Origin: Candidatus Altiarchaeales archaeon
GTDB lineage: Archaea; Altiarchaeota; Altiarchaeia; IMC4; SCGC-AAA252-I15
Assembly: GCA_014727915.1 (NCBI GenBank)
Contig: WJMO01000008.1
Location: forward strand, 1 to 64,000
DNA: 64,000 nt
Reading direction: 5' to 3'
Part shown: in pieces, positions 39,887-48,917 of the stretch
How the letters are laid out: the number at the start of each line of letters is the position of its first letter
Numbering within the stretch: the first letter of the stretch is position 1
Translations under genes and position numbers: made by a program
Notes under the pieces: generated by a model
The model's input: only the letters and a program-made list of their open reading frames with translations
Databases searched by the model: none
What the model was told of the DNA's origin: nothing

Positions 39887-39951
39887 CTCATATCACCGAT
39901 TAATTAAAGATGGTGTTTTAGTCTAAATACACTCCAATTCACGGCTTAAAT

Positions 39952-41664
39952 ATGGCACTGAAATTCGACGTAAGAAGGAAGGACGCTGCTGGAAGGCTCG
40001 GCAGGGTGGAATTGAACGGGAAGAGAGTCGAGACACCCCTCCTGTTCCCAGTGTACAACCCCAACAAGCCCATCATACCAGTTGACGAGCTCGCGGGCGA
40101 GTTCAATGCGCCCGCGTTGATGGCCAACGCCTACATGCTGATGAAAAACGAGGCCGTGAGAGGCGAGGTTGAAGAGAGGGGGATGCACGACTTCCTCGGA
40201 TTCGACGGGTTGATAGCAACAGACTCCGGCAGCTATCAGATGATGGTATACGGAGCCGTTGAGACCACCAACGCGGAGATCATAAAATTCCAGGAGAAGA
40301 TAGGGTCGGACATCGGCTCCTTCCTGGACATACCAACAGTCCCGGACACCTACAAGCCCCGGGCACGGGAACAGCTACAGCTCACCCTGGAGCGTTCTGT
40401 GGAGGCGGAGAATGCAGCGTTCACAGTGAACGCCGCGGTCCAGGGAGGCAAATACGTCGACCTGCGGGCTGAAGCATCCAAGGCAGTCGGGGGAAGATTC
40501 GAACTGGCGGCCATCGGCGGGATCGTACCTTTGATGGAATCCTACAGGTTCGCGGAGCTCGTAGAAGTTATCGCGGCCGTGAAGGAGAACCTGCCCTTGA
40601 ACACTGTGGTGCACGCCTTCGGCCTCGGGCACCCCATGCTATTCCCGCTCGCGGCGCTGCTGGGATGCGACTTCTTCGACAGCGCAGCCTACGCGCTGTA
40701 CGCCTTCAACGGGAGGTACATGACAGACTACGGGACCGAACGGGTGGAGGAGCTGGAGCACATGGGGTGCACCTGCCCCACATGCAGGGAATATGGTGTG
40801 AAGCTTAAGAGACTCTACGGCGAGGACAGGGTAAGGGCCCTGGCGCGCCACAACCTCTACGTCTCATACGCGATGGTGGAGAAGGTCAAACAGGCCATCT
40901 CCGAAGGTAGCCTGTGGGAGCTCGTATGCCTCCAGGCCCGGGCCCACCCTAGGATGATGAAGGCCTTGGACGCTCTTATGGGACACTCAGGGTGGATCGC
41001 GGAATTGGACCCCATCACTAAGCCACGGGCGTTCTACCACACGGGCCGTGAATCGAATATGCGGAGCGAGGTGGTTAACGCCAGGGAGAGGATGAAGAGG
41101 ATATCAACGGAGAACACCGTGGAACTGCAGCCGTTCGGCCAGGTCAACGAGGAACTACTTGACATCTACCCGTTCAACAGCGTGTGGAGCGTCGAAGACG
41201 AGCCCAAGCCGAAGGTGAGGGACATCCACAAGCTGAGGGCCATAATGGAATACCAGTATGGGAAGGGAGCGGGGACATTGATACCTGACAACGTGATCGT
41301 GAAGAAGAGCAAGAACACCCGGCGGATACGGTGGCTCTACGAGGGCAAGGAGATGACAGCCTCCGTCCGAGCAACAGACCATCTCATACTACCCAAGGAA
41401 AAGCTCGCAGTGAAGCTCAAGGAAAAATACGAAACACCCAAGCTCAGGGTCATATTATCGGATGACGAGGACGCGACACAGTGCGTCCGAGAAGGCAAAA
41501 GCGTCATGTGCAAGTTCGTAGAAGAAGTAGACTCCAACCTCAGATGCGGCGACGAATGCCTCATAGTAGACAAAAAAGACAACCTAGTAAGAGTGGGAAC
41601 CCTCATGCTAAGCCCCAAAGAAATAAAAGACTTCAACCACGGCATGGCAGCAAGAGTAAGGTGA
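39952..41664 (+). CDS. tgtA: Archaeal tRNA-guanine(15) transglycosylase with PUA domain
   Basis: TDSGSYQ, HAFGLGHP, FDSAAYA, CTCPTC, C-terminal PUA. Confidence 0.95.
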   Translation: MALKFDVRRKDAAGRLGRVELNGKRVETPLLFPVYNPNKPIIPVDELAGEFNAPALMANAYMLMKNEAVRGEVEERGMHDFLGFDGLIATDSGSYQMMVYGAVETTNAEIIKFQEKIGSDIGSFLDIPTVPDTYKPRAREQLQLTLERSVEAENAAFTVNAAVQGGKYVDLRAEASKAVGGRFELAAIGGIVPLMESYRFAELVEVIAAVKENLPLNTVVHAFGLGHPMLFPLAALLGCDFFDSAAYALYAFNGRYMTDYGTERVEELEHMGCTCPTCREYGVKLKRLYGEDRVRALARHNLYVSYAMVEKVKQAISEGSLWELVCLQARAHPRMMKALDALMGHSGWIAELDPITKPRAFYHTGRESNMRSEVVNARERMKRISTENTVELQPFGQVNEELLDIYPFNSVWSVEDEPKPKVRDIHKLRAIMEYQYGKGAGTLIPDNVIVKKSKNTRRIRWLYEGKEMTASVRATDHLILPKEKLAVKLKEKYETPKLRVILSDDEDATQCVREGKSVMCKFVEEVDSNLRCGDECLIVDKKDNLVRVGTLMLSPKEIKDFNHGMAARVR

Positions 41665-41707
41665 GAATTTTTAAATTATTTAAAGAATTCTTTAAACTGT
41701 TTTGGAT

Positions 41708-41935
41708 TTATGTTTCTGACAGGTCCACGCCTCCGCCGTCGAAGAGAGAATCGTGGTCTGGAGGCGCGGGGGGGTTGGTGGATGATGGAGTGCTGACGAT
41801 CCCTGTTTGGTCATTGTCGAGCGGGGGGCATTCGCTCTTGTCGAAGACTGCGCTGCCGTCATGGCATACGTAGATGGTCTGAGAAGTGCATCCGCAGACC
41901 AGTAGGACAGCCAACAGGGTGGAGAGCAGCCTCAT
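41708..41935 (-). CDS. Small lipoprotein
   Basis: Lipobox-like LVCGC; YVCHDGSAVFDKSECP. Confidence 0.65.
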   Translation of the reverse strand: MRLLSTLLAVLLVCGCTSQTIYVCHDGSAVFDKSECPPLDNDQTGIVSTPSSTNPPAPPDHDSLFDGGGVDLSET

Positions 41936-41971
41936 GGTAATGTATTCGAATAGAGGGTATAAAATGTTTTT

Positions 41972-42742
41972 TTAGAGGACGCGGCCAGCCCTGGTCAGCC
42001 TGCAGACGCGGTCGGAGCAGACCTTCTCCAATGACACGTACTCGAACTCTGGCAGTGTGACGATGAAGTTGTCCAGGTTCCGCGTCATCGGATAGGGGAC
42101 GTCATCGAGTTCGAACTTCAACCCTGATTTTGACTGCATCTCGTGGACGACCGCCTTCAAACCTCCTTTGGTAACGTCCTTGGCGCTGTTGAACCTAACC
42201 TTATCCAGGGCAGCGTACCATGCGTCGAATAGCAGCTTCGCCTTCTCCAGGCGTTCACCCCGCCCGCCCCAGATAGGTTCGCCCAACAACGCTATCACAT
42301 CGTCTTTCACGGCGGTCGAGTCCCTGATGGGCTCGTCCAAGAGGAGTTCGCCGACGACAGTAAGCGAGCACCGCGGCTCTACATCCTCGTATAATGTGTT
42401 GCCGCCGATCAAGGGAAGCTTAAGGTAGTCCGCCTGTTCTACCAGGGATTCGAGCATCTCCTCCACCTCGGGTTTTCCGCCTATCAGGCAGTCCAACGCG
42501 AACAACGGCCTGCCGCCTTTCACGACAACGTCTGTTGCGGCGTGGACGAGGGCGCTCTTCAAGACCAGCCGCTTGGCGTAGGGGCCGTCGGATGAGATGA
42601 GCAGCTTTCCCTTGAATTCCACGCACGCGGCATCGTCCCAGTCGCCCACACCCATAACTGGATTGCACATACCATCCATGTGCTTCAGCCTGTCCCTTAC
42701 CCAGAGTATGTCCTCCACGTACTTGCCGACCGGGTCAGCCAT
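41972..42742 (-). CDS. AIR synthase/ThiL-related (PurM superfamily) protein
   Basis: DDAA, SSDG, TDVVVKGGRP, IGGNT, KDVTKGGL. Confidence 0.8.
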   Translation of the reverse strand: MADPVGKYVEDILWVRDRLKHMDGMCNPVMGVGDWDDAACVEFKGKLLISSDGPYAKRLVLKSALVHAATDVVVKGGRPLFALDCLIGGKPEVEEMLESLVEQADYLKLPLIGGNTLYEDVEPRCSLTVVGELLLDEPIRDSTAVKDDVIALLGEPIWGGRGERLEKAKLLFDAWYAALDKVRFNSAKDVTKGGLKAVVHEMQSKSGLKFELDDVPYPMTRNLDNFIVTLPEFEYVSLEKVCSDRVCRLTRAGRVL

Positions 42743-43130
42743 CCTCCAGCTCCTCCAGGGCAGGGCAGAACGGCGCGCGCTCGGCGTATCCTAAGCCGTA
42801 TAAGGTGAAGAAGGGGAAGTCCCTGCAGACCTGGGGCCGGTGCTCGTAGGCTGTGCACCTGTCGTCAACCAGGAAGACACACCTGCCGTTAACCCGCCCT
42901 GTGCTCATCCTATCCCGGTCCACCCCGTCACCCAAGCCGGCCTCTTCCAGCCTCCGCACGTCCTCGCCGGTGAGGGGTGTGACCCGGAACCTGCAGCAGT
43001 TCCCGCACAATTTACATTCGAACCTGTCCCTGCGGTTGTAGAGGGAGTGCTTCCTCGCCCAGAAGGGAACGTTGATGATAAGCACTAATACCACCATGCC
43101 GAATACTGTCAGCAGAACCGTTTCCAACAT
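42735..43130 (-). CDS. YkgJ-family Cys-cluster protein with N-terminal TM
   Basis: CKLCGNCC, CVFL, CTAYEHRPQVCRDFPF. Confidence 0.85.
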   Translation of the reverse strand: MLETVLLTVFGMVVLVLIINVPFWARKHSLYNRRDRFECKLCGNCCRFRVTPLTGEDVRRLEEAGLGDGVDRDRMSTGRVNGRCVFLVDDRCTAYEHRPQVCRDFPFFTLYGLGYAERAPFCPALEELEDG

Positions 43131-43204
43131 CAGATACAAATTACACCCTGCTATTTTTATAGTCAAACGCTATAAGTTTTATCCGTTTTACGTCCGGGGT
43201 TTAT

Positions 43205-43552
43205 ATGGCAGCCAAGAAAAAAGCTAAAAAAACCAAGACCAAGAAGAAAGCCAAGAAAACCAAGAAAAAGAAGAAGGCTAAGTCGAAGAAGGCAGCCAAG
43301 AAGAAGCCCGTGGTGAAGACAAGGAGGAGGCGTAAGCTCAAATGCTGCAAGAACTGCCCCGACTACGAGTACTGCGAGGACCGGGGGGAATGCTGTGAGT
43401 ACTGCGACTACTACCTGAACGGCAAGTGCATGTACGGGAGGAAGACAGGGGTGATACCTACCGTCAGCAACGACAGCATAGAGCTCCCAGACTACCGTGG
43501 AGACGACTACGGCATAGACGACTACGAGGCGTACGAGAGCATCTACGAGTAA
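43205..43552 (+). CDS. Lys-rich (histone H1-like) / 8-Cys / acidic-tail small protein
   Basis: 29 K/R in the first 46 aa; CCxxC-x5-C-x5-CCxxC-x7-C; D/E/Y-rich C-terminus; host-like codons. Confidence 0.75.
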   Translation: MAAKKKAKKTKTKKKAKKTKKKKKAKSKKAAKKKPVVKTRRRRKLKCCKNCPDYEYCEDRGECCEYCDYYLNGKCMYGRKTGVIPTVSNDSIELPDYRGDDYGIDDYEAYESIYE

Positions 43553-44280
43553 GGCCTCAGGTCCAAGGAAACCCTCTTGAACGGGAGCTCCTCGACTATC
43601 TCACCCGCATGCTCCAAGACGATGGGGAAGTCGTCCCGGTATGTTTCTATCCGCGCGCAGTCTCCTTCGACCCTCACCCGAACCTGGGATAGGCCGAGGG
43701 AGCGCAGGAAATCCTCGGACTCCTCCACCTTAATGAGAAGTTCTTCCGTTATCTCCGTGCCTGAGGGTATCCTCGAGGACAGGCAGGCGCCGGAGGGCTT
43801 GTCGTGTCGGAGGCCGTATTCCAACGCCATCCTGCGGACATCATCCTTTGTCAATCCGAGCTCTGCCATCGGGCTGAGCACCCCCGCCTCCTGCAACGCC
43901 CGGTATCCTGGCCGATGGCCTTCCAGCTCGTCCGCGGTAGTGCCCTCCACGATGGAGTGAACGCCTAGTTCGCGGGCGACTTCCTTCAGCTTCTCGCTCA
44001 TCATCCTCTTGCAGTAGTAGCACCTCTCATCAGGGTTCCTCCTGAAGTCCTCATTCGAAAGCTCAGTGTACCTGACTACCACATGCCGTATCCCGATGTG
44101 CTCCGCCGTCTCCCTGGCCTCCATCATCTCGGACCGGGGTAGCGTGGGCGTGTCAAAGGTGACGGCGACGGCATCTTCTCCGAGGCATTCATACGCGGCC
44201 TTGGCGAGGACGCTGCTGTCCACCCCGCCTGAAAAAGCCACCAAGACGCTCTCCAACCCTTTGAAGTAGTCGGCTAACAT
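43543..44280 (-). CDS. larE: ATP-dependent sacrificial sulfur transferase LarE-like
   Basis: SGGVDS, RCYYCK, HRPG, KPSGACLSSRIP. Confidence 0.88.
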   Translation of the reverse strand: MLADYFKGLESVLVAFSGGVDSSVLAKAAYECLGEDAVAVTFDTPTLPRSEMMEARETAEHIGIRHVVVRYTELSNEDFRRNPDERCYYCKRMMSEKLKEVARELGVHSIVEGTTADELEGHRPGYRALQEAGVLSPMAELGLTKDDVRRMALEYGLRHDKPSGACLSSRIPSGTEITEELLIKVEESEDFLRSLGLSQVRVRVEGDCARIETYRDDFPIVLEHAGEIVEELPFKRVSLDLRPYS

Positions 44281-44316
44281 GACATATATATCTGTGACAC
44301 ATACATTTAAGGGAGT

Positions 44317-45549
44317 ATGGATTCGAGGATAAGCGGGTTCTACAAGCTCCAGGCAGGCGAGCGGCTGGGGAGGGTCGTTGTAGAGTGCGGGATTTCAGAC
44401 GAGGGAGCCAGGGCACTGTCCGAGGTCGGTCTGACAGTAGAGCAGGCTGACGGGATGATCGAGAACGCCATCGGAACGTTCGAGGTTCCCCTCGGAGTGG
44501 CTGTGAACTTCCAGGTAAATGGAAAGGACTACCTGATACCGATGGCGACGGAGGAGCCTTCAGTGGTGGCTGCCGCGAGCAACGCCGCCAAGATGGCGAG
44601 AGCAGGCGGAGGCTTCAAGGCGTCAAGCACCGACCCGATAATGGTGGGGCAGATACAGGTCATCAACCCTGCAGAGGACGCTGGGATGAAGGTGTTGAAG
44701 GAGAAGGAAAAGCTCATTGAGGAAGCCAACAGAGTCGATCCCACGCTGGTGAAGTTCGGCGGCGGAGTCAAGGACATCACGGTAAGAGATGTCGAGGGGA
44801 TGCTCGTCGTCCACCTGCACGTGAACGTCGCCGACGCCATGGGAGCCAACGCTGTCAACACCATGTGCGAGGCCCTCGCACCCAGGATAGAAGAGCTCTC
44901 AGGCGGTGAGGTGGTGTTGAAGATACTCTCGAACTACGCGTTTGAACGGACCGCCAGGGCCGAATGCAGGATACCCGCCGACGCCGTGGGCGGAGAGGAG
45001 GTCGTGGACAGGATAATCTCGGCCTATGATCTCGCAGCGTCTGACATCTACCGTGCGGTCACCCACAACAAGGGAGTCATGAACGGCGTGACCGCGGTGG
45101 TGCTGGCAACCGGGAACGACACCCGGGCGGTGGAGGCGGGCTGCCACAGCTACGCCTGCAAGGACGGGCGATACACATCCCTTACCCGGTGGAGGAGGGA
45201 CAAGGACGGGAGCCTGTTGGGCGAGATGGAGATACCCGTCGCGGTAGGGGTGGTGGGTGGAGCCACTAGGACCCACCCTGTCGCCAGATCTGCTGTGAAG
45301 ATATTGGGTGTGAAGACCGCCCGTGAGCTGGGCGAGGTATTGGCAGCCGTTGGACTAGCGCAGAACCTGGCTGCGTTGAGGGCGCTGGCCGCGGAGGGAA
45401 TACAGAAGGGCCATATGAGACTTCACGCCCGGAACATCGCCGTGACCGCGGGAGCAACGGAAGACCAGGTTGAGGAGGTCGCCGGGCGGATGGTCGATTC
45501 GGGCAGGGTGAGCGTCGACGAGGCCAAGAAGATAATCGAAAAGCTCTAG
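44317..45549 (+). CDS. mvaA: Class II hydroxymethylglutaryl-CoA reductase
   Basis: MIENAIG, MATEEPSVVAAAS, DAMGANAVNT, THNKGVMNG, EGIQKGHM. Confidence 0.93.
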   Translation: MDSRISGFYKLQAGERLGRVVVECGISDEGARALSEVGLTVEQADGMIENAIGTFEVPLGVAVNFQVNGKDYLIPMATEEPSVVAAASNAAKMARAGGGFKASSTDPIMVGQIQVINPAEDAGMKVLKEKEKLIEEANRVDPTLVKFGGGVKDITVRDVEGMLVVHLHVNVADAMGANAVNTMCEALAPRIEELSGGEVVLKILSNYAFERTARAECRIPADAVGGEEVVDRIISAYDLAASDIYRAVTHNKGVMNGVTAVVLATGNDTRAVEAGCHSYACKDGRYTSLTRWRRDKDGSLLGEMEIPVAVGVVGGATRTHPVARSAVKILGVKTARELGEVLAAVGLAQNLAALRALAAEGIQKGHMRLHARNIAVTAGATEDQVEEVAGRMVDSGRVSVDEAKKIIEKL

Positions 45550-46406
45550 TCGTCTGGTTCTATGTGAACTATAACGTCCTTTATCCCCTTGAACTCTTCC
45601 TTCAGCCTTTCCTCGAGTTTCTCCGTGAGGTCGTGTGCTTCCTTGACGTGCATGTCCGGGTCCACGAGCATGTGAAGGTCGACGTATATGTTGCTACCCC
45701 AGCCCCTGGTCCGCACCTTATGGCATGAGCGGACGCCGCTGACCGACCTTGCTATGGATTTGACGTCCTTCTCGTCCAAGGGCGAGGCATCGCAGAGCAC
45801 CAGGCAGGAGTCCTTTATTATCCTGTAACCTGTCTTCGCGATGTATGCGCCGATGAACAACGCCAAGGCTGTGTCGACCACAGGGTATCCCGCGCGCACG
45901 GCGAACAATCCAATTATCACGGACAGTGAGGTCAGTATGTCGCTGCGGGTGTGAAGGGAATCAGTGACGAGTATCCTGCTGCCAAGCTCCAGGCCCCTCC
46001 GGTTCTCATAGGAGGAGACGAGAACGTTGACTACCACGGTGAACGCCATCACAGCGAATGCTGCTGATGTTATCTCCGGTGTGACCGGGTTTAGGACCCG
46101 GTCGAACGCGCCCTTCAATATGCCGAAGGAGGTGAGTATCAGCAGTAATGCGATTATGAGGGTCGCGAACGACTCTATCTTCTCATGTCCGTAGGGGTGG
46201 TCTTCGTCGGGGGGCTTGTATGCGAATGATATCCCCACCAAACCGATGATGTTGGATGTGCTGTCGAAGAGGGAGTGAGCGGCGTCCGCCATCATGCTAA
46301 GAGAGTTAGCCAAAAGCCCGAAGAAGAACTTCATCAGAGCGACGAGGAGGTTCAACGCTAGGACAAGGACCAAAACCCTCTTTACCTCATAGTATTCCTT
46401 TTGCAT
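45546..46406 (-). CDS. Cation diffusion facilitator (FieF-like)
   Basis: ADAAHSLFD, HPYGHEKIE, HTRSD, VHIEP. Confidence 0.92.
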   Translation of the reverse strand: MQKEYYEVKRVLVLVLALNLLVALMKFFFGLLANSLSMMADAAHSLFDSTSNIIGLVGISFAYKPPDEDHPYGHEKIESFATLIIALLLILTSFGILKGAFDRVLNPVTPEITSAAFAVMAFTVVVNVLVSSYENRRGLELGSRILVTDSLHTRSDILTSLSVIIGLFAVRAGYPVVDTALALFIGAYIAKTGYRIIKDSCLVLCDASPLDEKDVKSIARSVSGVRSCHKVRTRGWGSNIYVDLHMLVDPDMHVKEAHDLTEKLEERLKEEFKGIKDVIVHIEPDD

Positions 46407-46408
46407 CT

Positions 46409-47302
46409 CTACTTGGTGGTCACAACACACCCATCATCCGTTACGACGAGCGTGTGCTCGTACTGGCTTACCATCCCCTTCCCGCGGTCGTGTAGTGGCG
46501 TGTATGCTTTCAGTATCTCGGCCTGTGTGAGCTGGTTCAACACCAGGTTAAGCTTCATCGGGTTTATCTTCCCCGCGTACCATCTGGCAGCGAACGGCAG
46601 GGCCTCCCTTTCTCGGACGGCCTTCAGCAGCATACGCGCCTCCCGCATGCGCGTGGGCTTCTCATCCAGGAGAGAGTATATCTCCGCGGTGGTTGACTCT
46701 ATCACGTGGCCTGCTCCATCGGTGGCGAACGGCTCGAACGCCAAGGCCATGCCCTCCTCCAAAGTCCACTCATAGGGCACTTTTATGTTGGGGACGCTCA
46801 AGCCGGCGTGCAGGTCATATTGTTTAAGCTCATGGCCTGTGAGATTCTCAACCGGCTTGAACCCGGCCTTGTTGAGTATGGACTGGACTGTCTCGCCGAT
46901 CTTCCGCACCGACACGCCAGGCTCTACAACCTTGATCGCCTCCTCCAACGCGAGCTCGTTGGCTTCCAGCATCTTACCGTACTCTCCGGTCAAGTCCACT
47001 GTTGTGGCGGTATCGGCGATGTACCCGTCCACGTGCACTCCGACATCCAGTTTAACCACTTGATCTTCCGAGAACTCGAAGTTGTCGTCGTGTTTGGGGG
47101 TGTAATGGGCTGCGACATCGTTCACCGAGATGTTGGTAGGGAACGCCATCTCCGCCTTGAACTCGTCCCGGACACGGGACTCTATCTTCTCCGCGACCTC
47201 AAGGCATTTCACCCCGGGCTTGATCATCTTAGCCCCGTGTGAAAGCACCTCGGATGCTATCTCGCCTGCCTTATTATATGCTTTAAGCTCTTTATCGTCC
47301 AT
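46409..47302 (-). CDS. map: Methionine aminopeptidase type II
   Basis: AAHYTP, DVGVHVDGYIAD, LTGH, EPF, QYEHT. Confidence 0.96.
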   Translation of the reverse strand: MDDKELKAYNKAGEIASEVLSHGAKMIKPGVKCLEVAEKIESRVRDEFKAEMAFPTNISVNDVAAHYTPKHDDNFEFSEDQVVKLDVGVHVDGYIADTATTVDLTGEYGKMLEANELALEEAIKVVEPGVSVRKIGETVQSILNKAGFKPVENLTGHELKQYDLHAGLSVPNIKVPYEWTLEEGMALAFEPFATDGAGHVIESTTAEIYSLLDEKPTRMREARMLLKAVREREALPFAARWYAGKINPMKLNLVLNQLTQAEILKAYTPLHDRGKGMVSQYEHTLVVTDDGCVVTTK

Positions 47303-47313
47303 CGTTGCTCAAT

Positions 47314-48327
47314 TTAATGGTGTACGTCATTAAAAATCGCCCCCTCCTCGAACCTTAGGGGATACCCGAATATCCTGGCGACCTCCAGGTTGGCCCTTGC
47401 GTGTCCTGACAGGGCCGAGGACCTTATGCGCCCTCCTGCAAGAGCAATGTAGGGCATTATCTGGTCGACCATGTGAACGTCCAAAGGTCCGGGGTTGGCG
47501 AGTTCGGACAATAGCGTATCAGCTGCTTTCCCCCCGACATCCTCCGCCTTAATGCCCCTCTCCCCGAGGGTGCAAACGCCCTTCACCGAATTCTCGCACA
47601 CGGCCACGGCAGTGAATGAACTGCCTACAGACTGTGAACCAACATACTCCCGGTGTATGCCCGATACATCATGATGCGGGGATACCATCTTCAGGAAGCC
47701 TTTCACCTGCCTTCCGGCAACGTCCCTTTCCCTAAGCTGGTCCGATGCAACGCTGTAAACGTCAACACCCAACAGTTCCCCGGGTTCCATGAGATCCAAT
47801 AATCGCCTGTTCTTCCACGGCCTGACACGGACCGATATCCTGCCCCCTCCCCTGGGGTAGAACCCCCGTTCCAAGACATCGAATTCAACTTCACATCCCA
47901 TCCGTTCCATGAGGGGTTTGAACGCATGGTGGAAGTAGTCGGCTGAGGGGCTCCAGTTCACGTCCGTCCCGCCGGACAGCTCCAACTCAACCCTGCCGTC
48001 AGCGTGTAATGCTATGGGTAGTATACACTGTAGGACGAGGGTGACAGAACCGGCGGTGCCCACGTCAACGTCAAGTCTCCCGCCCATTATATCCCCTGGT
48101 GTGAAGCACACCTCCATCGAACCAGCCTCCAGTCCAGTGGCTTCCCCGTTGCAGAGTTGCAGGGCAGCCTCCAAGGCCTTCAGATGCTGAGGCATCAACC
48201 CGGGATTGGTCCTGCCAGCCCTGATTTTGCTTATCCTGACAGGCTTCCCTGTCAACGCGCTGAACGCGACGGAAGACCGTAGTATCTGGCCCCCACCCTC
48301 GCCGAAGGACCCGTCGACTTCGATCAT
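47314..48327 (-). CDS. rtcA: RNA 3'-terminal phosphate cyclase
   Basis: GEGGGQILR, PGLMPQH, GGTDV, RGFYPRGGG, DVHMVDQ. Confidence 0.94.
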   Translation of the reverse strand: MIEVDGSFGEGGGQILRSSVAFSALTGKPVRISKIRAGRTNPGLMPQHLKALEAALQLCNGEATGLEAGSMEVCFTPGDIMGGRLDVDVGTAGSVTLVLQCILPIALHADGRVELELSGGTDVNWSPSADYFHHAFKPLMERMGCEVEFDVLERGFYPRGGGRISVRVRPWKNRRLLDLMEPGELLGVDVYSVASDQLRERDVAGRQVKGFLKMVSPHHDVSGIHREYVGSQSVGSSFTAVAVCENSVKGVCTLGERGIKAEDVGGKAADTLLSELANPGPLDVHMVDQIMPYIALAGGRIRSSALSGHARANLEVARIFGYPLRFEEGAIFNDVHH

Positions 48328-48359
48328 GGTTTATTAATCCCCAGCATATGGTATATATC

Positions 48360-48917
48360 ATGTTCATCGTCTTAGAAGGTGGAGATGGCAGCGGCAAATC
48401 AACCCACTCTAGGATGCTGGCAGAGTGGTTGAAAGAGCAGGGTAGAAAAGTTCACTTAACTGCTGAACCAACACCTGGAAGGATCGGACAGTTCATACGT
48501 GAAATACTCTCTGGAGAGGTTGAGGTGAGCCCCAGAACGCTTGCGTTACTGTTCACCGCCGACCGCGCAGAACACGTTAGAGAGATTGAAGAGGCTCTGT
48601 CTGAGGGGAATACTGTCGTCTGCGACCGATATTATCATTCGACGATCGCATACCAGAGCGCGCAGGGAGTCAGCCGTGAATGGCTCATAGAATTGAACAG
48701 TTTCGCCCCCGAACCAGACCTTGTGGTGTTCTTGGACGTTGAAGCGCGCAGAGGCGCACTGCGAACTTCAACAGGAGAAGTCTTTGAGAAGAAGGAATTC
48801 CTTGAAAAAATCAGGGAGGAATACATGAAGTTCAAGGGATTGAAGGTCATAGACACCAGCAGGCCCAAGGAGAAAGTGCAGGAGGACATCAGGAAAGTTG
48901 TGGGCGAACTGCTCTAG
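48360..48917 (+). CDS. tmk: Thymidylate kinase
   Basis: EGGDGSGKST, LFTADR, CDRYYHSTIAYQ. Confidence 0.95.
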   Translation: MFIVLEGGDGSGKSTHSRMLAEWLKEQGRKVHLTAEPTPGRIGQFIREILSGEVEVSPRTLALLFTADRAEHVREIEEALSEGNTVVCDRYYHSTIAYQSAQGVSREWLIELNSFAPEPDLVVFLDVEARRGALRTSTGEVFEKKEFLEKIREEYMKFKGLKVIDTSRPKEKVQEDIRKVVGELL

